Shown here piece after piece: positions 11,550 through 26,523 of a stretch of 64,000 nt of DNA (the first letter of the stretch is position 1; each line of letters begins with the position of its first letter). The position numbers and the translations under genes were made by a program. The stretch covers positions 1,426,001 through 1,490,000 of the forward strand of contig LSRY02000013.1 in NCBI GenBank assembly GCA_001643675.2. Reading direction: 5' to 3'. The notes under the pieces were generated by a model. That model worked only from the letters and a program-made list of their open reading frames with translations. It made no database searches and was not told the DNA's origin. The DNA comes from Monocercomonoides exilis PA203. Taxonomy: Eukaryota > Protista > Preaxostyla.

Positions 11550-12784
11550 TTAAACAGATGATATTCCAGCTGCGATTTGAAGCACCGTTCTAGTATCTTC
11601 TGCTGAAAGTTTTATCAATGGAGACAAAGCACCCCATTTTTGATGCTTCTGCTCAATTTGAACAATGGTCTCAATATCTTCTGGCTTCAACTTCAGATCT
11701 TGAAGCGAAAGTGGAGCCTCCCAGAAAACATAAAGCTCTCTCATTTTCTGCAGCGCCTCTTTCACATCCTTTGTTCCCCAAACAGTCTCTGCCCAATCCT
11801 CAAACATATCTCCGCACAGCCCCTTCTTATACAGCCAAGGATAATAAGCCAGTGAAACAACTGCAAGTCCTTCTCCGTGTGCAATTTTGTCATTAAACGC
11901 TGATATGGAGTGCTCAATCCAATGAACATTCCAATCACCCGACAATCCGAATGCGGGAATTCCTTGAAGAGCCATTGACACCGCCCAGCAGAAATTTGTT
12001 CTCGCTTCCAAATCGGTTTTATCTGCTTTAATACGTTCCATTGAACGGATTATTGATTTTTGTAAAGCTAAATTAATTTGTCTTGTTGTAATGTTCTTGT
12101 TATCTGTCGAAAAATATTCTTCCATCAAATGCGACAAAGAATCGACTGCGCCGCACATGACTTGACGCCATGGGAGAGAAAACTGAATAGAAGGATCAAC
12201 AGCACTTGCAACAGGGTAATGCATGAACAATCCCAATTTTTCATGCTCTTCTGGATTTGACACAACTCCTCCAGTGTCCACCTCTGAAGCTGTTGCAGAC
12301 AAAGTTAAAACAGTGTATAACGGAAGATGATCTTCTGGAGTAGGTAATTCTCTTTTGAAGCACTTCCAAACATCTTCTGTAATCTTTGCTCCTGTGCAAA
12401 TTGCCTTTGCAGAATCAATAACGCTTCCTCCACCAACAGCGACAACTGCTTCAACGTGCTTTGAAGAGTCTTTGCAAATTGCAACTCCTTCTCTCACCTT
12501 TGATATCAAAGGATTTGGCTGAATACCCCAAAGTTCTTCACTAGCGATACTTTTTGATTCCAATGCTTTCTTTACACGATCGTACACTCCGTTCCCTTTC
12601 ACAGAGCCTCCTCCGAACAAAAGGAGAACTTTTTTAATTTCTGCTTTTGAAATTTCTTCTGCGAGTTGATTAATAGAATCTTCCCCAAGGATGTACTTTG
12701 AAATACAAAAATTTGAATTTTAATTAACAAATTATTGAATAATATTCAAACCTTTACTGTATTGCAAAATGTAATTGTTGACAT
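11550..12784 (-). CDS. Iron-containing alcohol dehydrogenase, BdhA/YqhD (butanol dehydrogenase-like) family, ~392 aa, one intron
   Basis: Exon 1 12784-12752 (MSTITFCNTVK), GT-AG intron 12751-12696, exon 2 12695-11550. Motifs GGGSVK, AVGGGSVIDSAK, TLSATASE, DSLSHLMEEY, HWIEH and HGEGL include the Asp/His metal ligands. Confidence 0.92.
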
Positions 12785-13246
12785 ATTCTTTTGTTAACAA
12801 CAATGATTAATGAATATATAAGTATGGTTATCACTCAAACATCCCATGACAATATTTTTGTTTGTAACATAAAAAATTGAATAAAAAATATTTTTTTTTA
12901 AATTTGCAATTTTCTTGTTTTAATAGTCACTTATAATACGAAACCAGAGCCATGAGAACACAGTCATATTTCTAAATATTAAAAAAACGACATTAATTAA
13001 AAAAAACAATAATATAAATAAACTTATATATTCCATAAACATAACCATACAGCGTCTAATAAAAATATCAAAGAAAATCAATCCAGTGTCGAAGATTAAA
13101 CGCGTTTAAAAGAGAATTCGTTAAACGAAATGATTAATGAAGTGAATTTGATATTTGTTAATTTTTGGTTCAATAATATAAAATTTTAAAGTGAAGAAAT
13201 ATGCAACCAGTGATAAATATGTTTTTTTACAAATAAAATCCATGCG

Positions 13247-13890
13247 TTAAATGCGTTGTAACATTGACGATAACTCCAAAGATAATGCAATCAATGCGTT
13301 CTCTCTGTTTGTATCTTTCAAGACATCACGAGGAGGATTAGAAACAGTAAGCGTGGCCATTCTAAGGAGGGCCTGTCCTGCTCGCTTCAGAGTTATAACT
13401 TTATCCTTTCAAAACATTTTTATATTTTGATTTAATAATACTTCTCATACTTCCAAGTTTGAAATTGCTTCTTTTTCTTTGATAACAATCATTTCAATTT
13501 TATCCATTTTTCCTTCTGCCTCGCTCAAGGTGCTTCTGCAAAAATCCAAATTTTGTACTCTATCTGGATCTGTTTCATATTTTTCATCAATTTGAACATG
13601 AAAAAATAAAAAAGCAATTATCATTTTACTAACATTTTCCAGTAAGGAAACAACATTATAATTATCAAAAAAAAAAATCAAAAATAGGAAAGCAAAGAAA
13701 AAAGTTGAATATGTTTTATCATTTCTTCAATTATTCAGACCTTGAATAAGTTTATCCAATTGCTCAAGGCTGGAAGCTGAAGAAGTTATTCTTTCCAAGC
13801 ACTCTTCCAGATTTCCAACAGCTTCTTCCCTCATGCGTTTATTTTGCGTGATTAAACTTCGGTTTTTTCTTTTTGATGATTTGAATATTT
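13247..13890 (-). CDS. Hypothetical multi-exon coiled-coil protein (5' end uncertain)
   Basis: Exon-like segments MREEAVGNLEECLERITSS…, DEKYETDPDRVQNLDFC…NLE|gtatga and ag|DKVITLKRAGQALLRM…LQRI* are separated by AT-rich intron-like sequence. Confidence 0.45.
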
Positions 13891-14544
13891 TCTCAATGCA
13901 ATTTATTATTTATTGATCACAATCAGTTCACAGATATTCTTTAATTCTAATTTCAACAATCTCATTCAAAAAAATAATGAAAAATTATTATTATCATCAT
14001 TTTTTGAATTGAAATTGGTTGTTAACTATTATTTATTTGAAATTAATTCTTTTAAAAGTGAATCAAATACATTTTGTGTTTTCAAAAAAGAATGAAATTT
14101 TTAATTGTATCAGTCTGAAGATTCAAAAATATGCATAGAACAATTAGGGGGAAAAAAATAAGACAGTTGGAAATACGAAGGAAAAAATAAAAATATGTAT
14201 AAGTATATTTTTCGTGAGAAATGAACAAAAAGAAGATTTAATTACACAAAAAATGAGCAAATCGAAAGTTAGCATTAAAGTGAAGTGAATATTCAGAAAG
14301 ACAAAACACTGCATAAATGAATCAACAAGACAATAATTCTGAAAAATAAAAAATTAGAAATTGAAGACAAAAAACATTAATGAACAAAAATTTGAGAAAA
14401 GATAAGAATAGAAAAGAAAAGAAAAGAAAAGAAACAAAGAATTTATTTATTTATTTATAATTTTCATTTATTTATTTTCTTTTTGAAATAAAAATTACTT
14501 TAATAAATAAATAAATAAAAATCAAATCAAATAAAATAATAATT

Positions 14545-18468
<3,924 letters not shown>

Positions 18469-18680
18469 AAAAAATAAAACAGTTAAAAAATATTATTATG
18501 GATTTTTCCCAATTTTTATTATCAAATAATTTCTTTAAAAAAAAAAAAAGAATGAATACCAATCGAAACATAAAAAAAAGGGGAAAATATCAATTCAAAC
18601 AATGATAAAAACACTCACACAAACAAGCAATTTATGTTTATCGACATATTCTCAAAATGAAAAAATCGGTGGCAAACAAT

Positions 18681-20112
18681 CTAAACTCCACTGCTTTTAT
18701 CCTTTGATTGATAAAGCAGCTCGCTCTGTGCCTCCTCTGGCTCGTGCCCAACATTCATCATTTTGTGCTTTTTCATCACCAACAGCACAACTTCTTCAAC
18801 AGTTACCGCTGCCACAACCAGCACAAACCCCGAAGCTGAAGCTGCAATGATTATTATCAGCCTTCTTCTTCCATCGATACGGTTATTTACTTCCTCTTCC
18901 TCTGAACGCGGATCATTCGGTGACTCAGGCAGCTCCACGCTGAATTCCGCTGTCACATCCGTCCCAACCCCGTTGTCCTTTCCCGAAGGATACTCAATCT
19001 GGAAAGACACATTTTGCGCCCCACCGAACTCTCTGCTTTTCACATCCAGCGTCATTTTTTTCGGTCGAACATGCCTGGACGCTCGATCGTCACAACTGTC
19101 TTTTCTGTTGCGCCCTTCGCCGTAAAGCCCGTCAGAATTTTGCTTCGGCACGGAGCAAATCCATAGCCCTCCACCTCAAATCTCAGAATCTCATATTTCT
19201 GATCCCAGCTCCTTGAAACATTCGAGATATTCACATGGAAATATATATATTTCCCACCGTTTTCGTTCTTCTCCATTTTGCAGTCACTAATGTCCATCCA
19301 CAAATCATCCAGCACATCGTTCCCGTCCAACGTCGTTATTGCAGAAATGCTCAAAGTTCCTTCGCCCCCGCAACGCACTGTCCTGCGCAGATCGGAATAG
19401 CCCAAATAAGTCCACGTGTCAAACGTGTCGTTCCCCAGCCCCAACCACCCGCCCCTCTGCAATATGAACCCACGCACCCCATTCCGAAACGTTGTGTTTT
19501 CCATATTCGCGTTGCACTCGCTCAGTTCGATGCAGCCACTGTTCCATGCACACGCAACTTTTTCTTCATACGAATATTCGTGCGAATAATTTCGTTGATC
19601 CTCGACATTGCAATTCTTAACAGTAATGCTCGAACTTTTCAAGATCATAAACGGATCCAACTTTGTGGGATCAGCCGATCCATCCGAATTTGCTCGCAAA
19701 TCGATATTCTCGAGCAGCACCGCGCATTTCTCATCTGCACTCAGAAACGGGATTGTTCCGTCTTCGTACGCCTTTGTGTTGAAGTTGAGCGACCTCAGCG
19801 TGAGTTTGTCGAAACAATTTTGAAAAACGGAAACGGCTTGGCGTAATTGGGGTAAATCAGCGTGGATCCAGCCCCTGCCTTCGATTGCATCTCGATGCTT
19901 CGGCCCTTCAGCTCAACCGAAGGGTGGCCAAACGCTTCTGACGGAATAAGAAAATACAATTTATTCGGAGCTGGATGCTGCTTCGAAGCGTATTTCCATG
20001 TTAAGCACGGATGCTCCATTTCCCCGCAATCTTCGCGGTCTTCCCCATGCCCAGAAATATAAATTGTCAGTTCTTCCCCGCGCAGATTTCCCAGAAACAG
20101 AATGAATTGCAT
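18681..20112 (-). pseudogene. Type I membrane/surface protein, frameshifted twice
   Basis: Signal-like N-terminus MQFILFLG…, motif SGHGEDREDCGEMEHPCLTWKYA, beta-helix-like middle and C-terminal TM LIIIIAASASGFVLVVAAV followed by KK. Frame changes near 19800 and at the T8 run near 19055-19062. Confidence 0.65.
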
Positions 20113-22299
20113 AAACATTGAAAGCCAAAATAAAATATGGAGCACAATACATATTTCTATAAGTGAAATCACAGATAAAACAAATCCTCTTTGTCGCAAC
20201 ACGATTTCACATCATAAATTTGTTTATTCCTTTGTGCATTTATTTTTTTCAGAAAAAAACCATGTAATGCTTAATTTTCATTTTTCATTTCATGTGATCA
20301 AAAAATGAATGAAAAAGGTTATTCATGAATTTCTGCAAAAGGCAAGAATGCAAATCACAAAGATGAAAATGAAGAAAATTTGGTGATAACTCTTTTCTTC
20401 AATACCAGGAAAATAACGAATTGAATTAAAAATTGTTAACAGATTGAAACAAATCATGGCTTGATGATTATTGAGTAGATGATGAGGAAAAAGGAAGATG
20501 AAAAAGAAGAATTATCAGATGAAAGAGGATGAAAGAGCACACACTTTCTGCTGAATGAGTCATTCCAAAGAGATCTGATATCATTCTTTGATGATAAACT
20601 GCCTTGAATGAAAACCAATTTGATTTGGACAATGGAAGGGAGAGTTGAAATAATGCCAAAAGAAATGAAGGGAAAAGAGAAAGAGGATAAATATCATATC
20701 CTCTTCCACTTTATTGTTGGTGAAGGTGAGGGGACTGAATCGAATGAGCGAAATAATTTCGAGAAACACTTTTCCAACAAGCAACCAAGCAAAAAATTAA
20801 AAAGAAGTCAAAATCCCTTGATGATGAAGAAGGTCAAATATTCCGCTTCATCTATGAAGCTTTGGTTAATTGCAAATCAGATTATATTTTCAAATTCTCG
20901 TGTTGAAACTGTGATTTGAAGAATTTTCAACATTTCATATTCGTATTGATGAAACTTGTTGAGTGTTTTTTAATCAGAAATTGGAAATCATTCAAAATTC
21001 AATTTCGTTCTTCTTCTTCTTTTTTATCTTTTTCATTTCTTTGTCTCCTTTCGAAGTAATGGAAAAACAGTTGATACAAAAAACTCATTTGTTTTCTTTT
21101 TTGTGAAATGAATGACAAAAGAGAAAATTGAAAAACAAAATATAAAGTTGTTTTATAAAGCATTCACAAGATAATCAGAAATATTCAACAATAGTGTATG
21201 ATAAGGTCGTGTGTTTAAAATATTTAATGTTTCATAAAAGCTGGTGATGGTATCTTCGTATCCTTCTTCTTCCATCTTTTCAAAAATCTCTTTTTTTGTT
21301 GCTTTTCTTTCTGCTTCTTCCTTTACATCTTTGTTCTTTTCTTTCAATTTTATTGAAACATTCGTGAAGAATAGTAAGCATTCATTTGTCATGCCTTCAT
21401 TCAACGTTGGTCGCTGCATCTCCTCCAAAATAACATCAATAGCACCTCCTTTCAACAAGTCTTCAATTTTGGTATCTCCATAAACTGATGCAATTATCAA
21501 GGAGAGAATGCATTGATTGCTAATTACTCCATTATTCCCTTTTGCTGCTCGATATATCTGAACAATACTATTGATTAGCTCTACATTTTCTTCATTCTGC
21601 AATCGACAACTGAGGAAATAAATCTTCAATGTTTCGAGCCATCTCATCAATGCAAATTCTTCTTTCACCTCTTTTCCCCTTTCATCTTCTTTTTTTCTCT
21701 TCCAATCCACACATTTCATCTGTTCTTCCAACTCTCTTTCTGCCTCTCTTCCAAAATGCAGTTCATTCACAATAGTGTCTTCCACTTCTTTACACATGTA
21801 TAATCTGAATATCAAAAAATCCCATGTTGATTGATAGGCAAGCAGAGTGAGGTGATGATGCTCCTGATGATATTGGATAACATCTTTGATTTCATTCAAA
21901 TACAATTCTGTTGGAAGTTTCTTATTAAAAAACATTAAATAATAATAATAATAACATTCAATAAATAAAACAAAACAAAATTAAAAAGCATGTGAATAAT
22001 TCAAACAGCACAGTTACGAACACAAGACAACGCAAGAAATAATGTTTCAACATCTTTTTGATTGAAAAAGAAAATATGAAATTCACTTTCTTCTCTTCGA
22101 TCTGAGAGTATCACTTAAGGGTTAGTCACCCAAGCGAATCTGGTTTAAAAAAGTGAAGTGTGGAAAATGCGCGTGAAAATACAAATTGCGCTTGAAGAGA
22201 AAAAGGTGAAATGGGTTTCAAAATGGGTTTTGGGTTGGTATTGCATCTGGAACTTGCTTAAAGCTTTCTTCACAGGGTGGGAGTGAAAACGCGGTGGGT

Positions 22300-22402
22300 G
22301 AAGAGAAGAAAGTGAATTTCATATTTTCTTTTTCAATCAAAACGCAAGCATTTTGATTTGCAAGAAAACATTCATTCACTTTCTTCTCTTCGATCTGAGA
22401 GT
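22300..22402. repeat. DIRS internal complementary region (ICR)
   Basis: Exact complement of the element 3' end + AATCAAAA (22335-22342) + 5' end, i.e. the circle junction. Confidence 0.92.
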
Positions 22403-22418
22403 TTGTAGTAATTGGGCG

Positions 22419-25400
22419 TTATGGATTACTTTCTGAATTTTCTCTTTCCATTATTTCTTTTCGTCTCTGTGATCTTGTTCGAATAATAAACTGGATGCAT
22501 TTTTCTTCGATGATTTCATTTTCGTCTTTCTTGTTTTCATTGTTCGTGGTATTTGATTGCTTTTTGTAGATGGATTGAGACTCATTATCATCTGGTTCTT
22601 CAATATGGTCTGGTTGTGAGATCTCTTCTCTTGCTTTCTCTGTTTCATGGCCTTCTGGCAAACGTGATTGTTGATTGATGGGAACAATGGAATCTTTTTC
22701 GTCTGGTGTGGATATGGATGGAGGAATTGTGGAAGACTGTTGAATTGCTTTCTTTGTCTCCTGATTCGACGATATAATCTGGGCCATCTTGTTTGATATG
22801 TTAGATTTGAAATAATGTTTAATCACTGTGTTGCTACTGGGGGATAATCTTGCGAATTTTGCCACCTGTTCGACTGGAGTTCCTGCCATTGTTAAGGCTG
22901 ATATTGAAGCATGTTTCAAGGTGTATGGGCTGTAGTTCGAAGGGATTCTTGCATCTTTCATCATTTCACTGGCTGCTTTTCGAATTGCTCGGGCATTCAT
23001 TGGATCATATGTTGAAGAGCTCAGAAATAGTTTATTAGAAGCTGGATTGTGAATTTTTACACGATCCCATAAATCTTTAACGGCTGTTGCTGGACATATC
23101 AAACTTTCCTTGTCGAGGAATGGGATGACAATGTTGCTTCTTTCAAGTCCAGTTTTAAGTGATGTATTCAGGTTAATTGATTGCTTATCTATTTCTGATT
23201 CCTTGAGATTGATTCTTTCCAGTTCTGTAAAGCGGCACGCAGAGAATATCATACACAAACAAATTGTTTTCCTTGTTAGCTGCGAGAATGACAAATTTTC
23301 GTTCTTTCCAATCGTTTCTATATGCGTGAAGAGTTGTTGAGGGTTCCACATATCATCTTGTCTCTTTTTCTTTCTGCATTCCGATCTCCTGAATGATCTA
23401 AACAGGATTGAAATCAAGGTGTTCTCCCCAAGTGATTTTCCGTATAATACTGATGTTAGAAAGGAAATGGCAGATCTGACAATTCTCAATGAAGAAGCTT
23501 TCATTCCGTTGTTTTTCAAGGCGACAAACACATCCAAGCATCTTTTTTGCCAAATCTGAAATTTAGAAGGTATGTCTTTGAATTTCAACTGATCCCATTT
23601 GTCTTTGAAATGTGCGAAACCATAAGTGTATCCCATCCATGTTGCACTAGCGACGCTGTTTTTGCACTCTTCGGCCAGTTCACGTGACATGCTTCTTGAT
23701 GCCAAAATCTCGTTCCACCACGATTCTCCCTTTTCGGTTATGGATTGATTAGGCATATCCTCAGTCTTCCTGGTGGAAGCGTAGCATTCATTTGCTTCAT
23801 CCATCTTCCTTCCCTTATTATCTCCTCCGTTCTCCTCCATGTCCAAGAGATGTGATTTGTGTTGTTCAGTAGAGGTTCCCATATCTGACCTTTCCAATCT
23901 GGAAGAAGAAGAAGAACTCGAGCTTTCTCCATCGCTGCTTTTCGGATCACTGCTGGAATCAAAGGAACCGGTGGATGCGCAAGAACTGTCTCGTTTCTCC
24001 AAGAAATTTGTAACCCGTCTTGACTTAAATTGCTTCCTGGTCCGCACCATCTCGTTGATTTTGTGTTTTCTTTTGTTGCGAACGCATCGAGTGTGATGTG
24101 CATCTGAAGCTGATTGGTGATCTCTTCGAGTGCTTCTTGTTCGACTTCGTAATCTCCTCCTTTTGCCAATCTCGATAGGCCATCTGCTCTGACGTTTCTC
24201 TCTCCGGGAATATGTTGAGCTTTCACAACTACTTTCAGCGCTTGGGTTTGATTCCATATTTTCTTCAGAAGGATTCTGAGATTCGGACCCGCTCCCCATC
24301 GATTCAGATTGTAAACTGCTGTTGTGTTGTCTGATCGAATAAGTAGATTTCTTATTTCTTGATTTTGAATGGAATTTGAGAAATGCGCGATGGCTTGATT
24401 GATAGCGAATAGCTCTCTGTAATTTGAACTTTGGTTTCTGACTGGAGGTGGAAGAAGTTTGTAAAAGTCCAGCATTTGATTGTTGACTTTTAGTGTTGCG
24501 CCTATGGCAAACCCTGATGCATCTGTTGTAAGAATTGCTTCCGGTCGAAACACTGGATTCAATCTCCTTGATTGGTTCTCTTTCAGCCTTTCGCTCCACT
24601 TCATGAGGCAATTTGTTATCGATGCATTCACGCGCATTTTTCCTTGCCATCCATTCAGACTCAAAGCTTTGTTTAGGAGTTTGTACAGTTGTGACAAATT
24701 CAGGGAGGCTTCTTGATACACGAATCTTGTTGCGTTCAGTTTCCCTATCAACGAGGCAAACTTCTTTATCGAAACAACTCTGTTGTTCTGGGCAATCCTC
24801 CTCCATTTCTTGCACTCTTTCATCAGCTCGGTTTTCTTCGATTCCTCTATCTGTACCACAAACTGATTGGTATCCCATTGGAAGCCCAAAAATTTGAACT
24901 GCTGACTTGGAATTAAATGACATTTTTCCGAATTGAGCAACAGTCCCAATTTGTTGAACATCGAAAGAGTTTTCTCCACAATAATATTGAGTTCCTGCGG
25001 GTCTTGATGAAGAAGAACAATATCGTCCAGGTATGCAATGGCTCTCACACTCCATTCCTCCCTCATGTATTTTAGAACTTTCCTCATCACTTTTGTGAAC
25101 GTTCGAGGCGCATCTTTGTATCCGAAAGGCATTCCGTGGAAAGCGTAGTATTTTCCTTTGAAAACGAACGAAAGGAATGGTGATAATTCTTCGCTGACTT
25201 TTATAAGATAATAAGCTTGGCTCAAGTCCATTGTGACTGCGTAATCCTTTTCTTGTATAATTTTCTCCACTGTTCTGTGGTCTTCTTGCTTGTAATAAAT
25301 CGTCTTGATAGCATTGTTGAGTCTTCGGCAATCCACGATTTGCCTCCAGCCACCGTCTTTCTTTCTGATTACAAAAACTGGATTCAAATGCTTCACATCC

Positions 25401-25733
25401 TTCTCCTGAATCGGCTTGATAATATTTGTTTCCAGTTGCTTCTTGATCATCTTTGAAAAGGCTTGTTGGGCTTCTTGACTCTGATGCTCCAAAGGGTTGA
25501 ATACTCCTGTTTTCTTGAGTGATTCCTTCGCGGCTTTGCTCCTCCATACAGGGATTACTCCTTTCCCAATAATTCGTGCTCCTCCAATTTTTTCCCATTC
25601 TTCTCGAAATAAACAAGTTCTTCCTCCAACCATTGCCTCTTGTCGGACTTCTGCGGGCTGCAGAATGCTGTTCGTTTCTTCTATTGGTCTTTTCGCTCCC
25701 CTGATTGTCTTCTTGAAGCGAAACCTGAAGCAC
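22419..25733 (-). CDS. DIRS tyrosine recombinase ORF; N-terminal part overlaps the RT ORF
   Basis: C-terminal YR domain with SACRFTEL, LKTG, ICPATA, YTLKHASIS and KHYF. Stop-free for 1104 codons. True start codon uncertain. Confidence 0.85.
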   Translation of the reverse strand: MLQVSLQEDNQGSEKTNRRNEQHSAARRSPTRGNGWRKNLFISRRMGKNWRSTNYWERSNPCMEEQSREGITQENRSIQPFGASESRSPTSLFKDDQEATGNKYYQADSGEGCEAFESSFCNQKERRWLEANRGLPKTQQCYQDDLLQARRPQNSGENYTRKGLRSHNGLEPSLLSYKSQRRIITIPFVRFQRKILRFPRNAFRIQRCASNVHKSDEESSKIHEGGMECESHCIPGRYCSSSSRPAGTQYYCGENSFDVQQIGTVAQFGKMSFNSKSAVQIFGLPMGYQSVCGTDRGIEENRADERVQEMEEDCPEQQSCFDKEVCLVDRETERNKIRVSRSLPEFVTTVQTPKQSFESEWMARKNARECIDNKLPHEVERKAEREPIKEIESSVSTGSNSYNRCIRVCHRRNTKSQQSNAGLLQTSSTSSQKPKFKLQRAIRYQSSHRAFLKFHSKSRNKKSTYSIRQHNSSLQSESMGSGSESQNPSEENMESNPSAESSCESSTYSRREKRQSRWPIEIGKRRRLRSRTRSTRRDHQSASDAHHTRCVRNKRKHKINEMVRTRKQFKSRRVTNFLEKRDSSCASTGSFDSSSDPKSSDGESSSSSSSSRLERSDMGTSTEQHKSHLLDMEENGGDNKGRKMDEANECYASTRKTEDMPNQSITEKGESWWNEILASRSMSRELAEECKNSVASATWMGYTYGFAHFKDKWDQLKFKDIPSKFQIWQKRCLDVFVALKNNGMKASSLRIVRSAISFLTSVLYGKSLGENTLISILFRSFRRSECRKKKRQDDMWNPQQLFTHIETIGKNENLSFSQLTRKTICLCMIFSACRFTELERINLKESEIDKQSINLNTSLKTGLERSNIVIPFLDKESLICPATAVKDLWDRVKIHNPASNKLFLSSSTYDPMNARAIRKAASEMMKDARIPSNYSPYTLKHASISALTMAGTPVEQVAKFARLSPSSNTVIKHYFKSNISNKMAQIISSNQETKKAIQQSSTIPPSISTPDEKDSIVPINQQSRLPEGHETEKAREEISQPDHIEEPDDNESQSIYKKQSNTTNNENKKDENEIIEEKCIQFIIRTRSQRRKEIMERENSESNP
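23738..25633 (-). CDS. DIRS reverse transcriptase-RNase H-adenine methyltransferase-like polyprotein
   Basis: RT motifs MDLSQAYY, GMPFG and YLDD. RNase H motifs TTDASG, ELFAI, IRSDN and NVRADGLSR. MT-like tail LDAFAT…AHPPVPLIP…LPDW. Confidence 0.95.
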   Translation of the reverse strand: MVGGRTCLFREEWEKIGGARIIGKGVIPVWRSKAAKESLKKTGVFNPLEHQSQEAQQAFSKMIKKQLETNIIKPIQEKDVKHLNPVFVIRKKDGGWRQIVDCRRLNNAIKTIYYKQEDHRTVEKIIQEKDYAVTMDLSQAYYLIKVSEELSPFLSFVFKGKYYAFHGMPFGYKDAPRTFTKVMRKVLKYMREEWSVRAIAYLDDIVLLHQDPQELNIIVEKTLSMFNKLGLLLNSEKCHLIPSQQFKFLGFQWDTNQFVVQIEESKKTELMKECKKWRRIAQNNRVVSIKKFASLIGKLNATRFVYQEASLNLSQLYKLLNKALSLNGWQGKMRVNASITNCLMKWSERLKENQSRRLNPVFRPEAILTTDASGFAIGATLKVNNQMLDFYKLLPPPVRNQSSNYRELFAINQAIAHFSNSIQNQEIRNLLIRSDNTTAVYNLNRWGAGPNLRILLKKIWNQTQALKVVVKAQHIPGERNVRADGLSRLAKGGDYEVEQEALEEITNQLQMHITLDAFATKENTKSTRWCGPGSNLSQDGLQISWRNETVLAHPPVPLIPAVIRKAAMEKARVLLLLPDWKGQIWEPLLNNTNHISWTWRRTEEIIREGRWMKQMNATLPPGRLRICLINP

Positions 25734-26523
25734 TTGGTCGCAGCCGGATTTGGTTTTGTTGTCTTGACAACCGGGGAGCTCTTTGAAAAAATCTGTGGCT
25801 AGCTGATCTTCTGGTTGGAATTGTTCTGGCTCTTATCGAACTTCTTCTCATAGGCCAGCTCGTTGTTTGTAGCTTGAATTGTTGACTCTTCTCTGTTTTT
25901 CTCCATTCTTCAAGAACTTCTGATTGCCTTTGAGTAAGAAGACTGGAAGCTGTGCTCTCCTTCATCTGTGCAGCTGCCCTAAAGCCGAATCTTCCTTGAA
26001 TTCTTACAGATCTTGCCTCCTTCAGCGCTTTTGAAACTAATAAAATTGCATCTGCAATTGATCCTTTTTCGTCATCTTTTTCTTTTAATTTCGCGTGTGT
26101 GTAAAGCAGAATTTTAATGGCTGGATATAGAAATGCTTCAGTTCGCTCACCTGCCTTATCCAATGCGTCGTTCATCCAATTGTCCGTTCTCGAAGCTGTA
26201 GGAGGAGCCTTTGGCAGAAATGGACTTAAATCATCTTCCTTCAAATCAGTAATAAGATCTTCCAAATATCTTTCTGGTAAATCCAAATCATATAAGCTGC
26301 AGTCCGGATCTCTGAGAAATATTGTTTTAAAACTATTTTCTATCAGCAGACAATCGTCGCCATGGCTTATTTTCGCTTCTGAAGCTCCCTGGATCTGCTG
26401 GGAAAATTCAGAACTGGAATGAGAAATCACACTCGAAAACGTCTCTCCCGGAGGTCCATCTGACATCATTGATGTGGCAGAATTCAACGCGGGTCCAGTG
26501 CTGAGTGGAGAGCTAGGGAGCAT
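25681..26523 (-). CDS. DIRS ORF1 (Gag-like)
   Basis: 280-aa ORF starting just inside the 5' ITR, with an Arg-rich C-terminus. Assignment is positional. Confidence 0.75.
   Translation of the reverse strand: MLPSSPLSTGPALNSATSMMSDGPPGETFSSVISHSSSEFSQQIQGASEAKISHGDDCLLIENSFKTIFLRDPDCSLYDLDLPERYLEDLITDLKEDDLSPFLPKAPPTASRTDNWMNDALDKAGERTEAFLYPAIKILLYTHAKLKEKDDEKGSIADAILLVSKALKEARSVRIQGRFGFRAAAQMKESTASSLLTQRQSEVLEEWRKTEKSQQFKLQTTSWPMRRSSIRARTIPTRRSASHRFFQRAPRLSRQQNQIRLRPSASGFASRRQSGERKDQ

Noticed and set aside
22081-22402. Repeats near the DIRS 3' end read as a CRISPR array or as Ngaro-type split direct repeats
   Set aside because: They are fully explained by the inverted ITR and ICR architecture, with no spacer periodicity.
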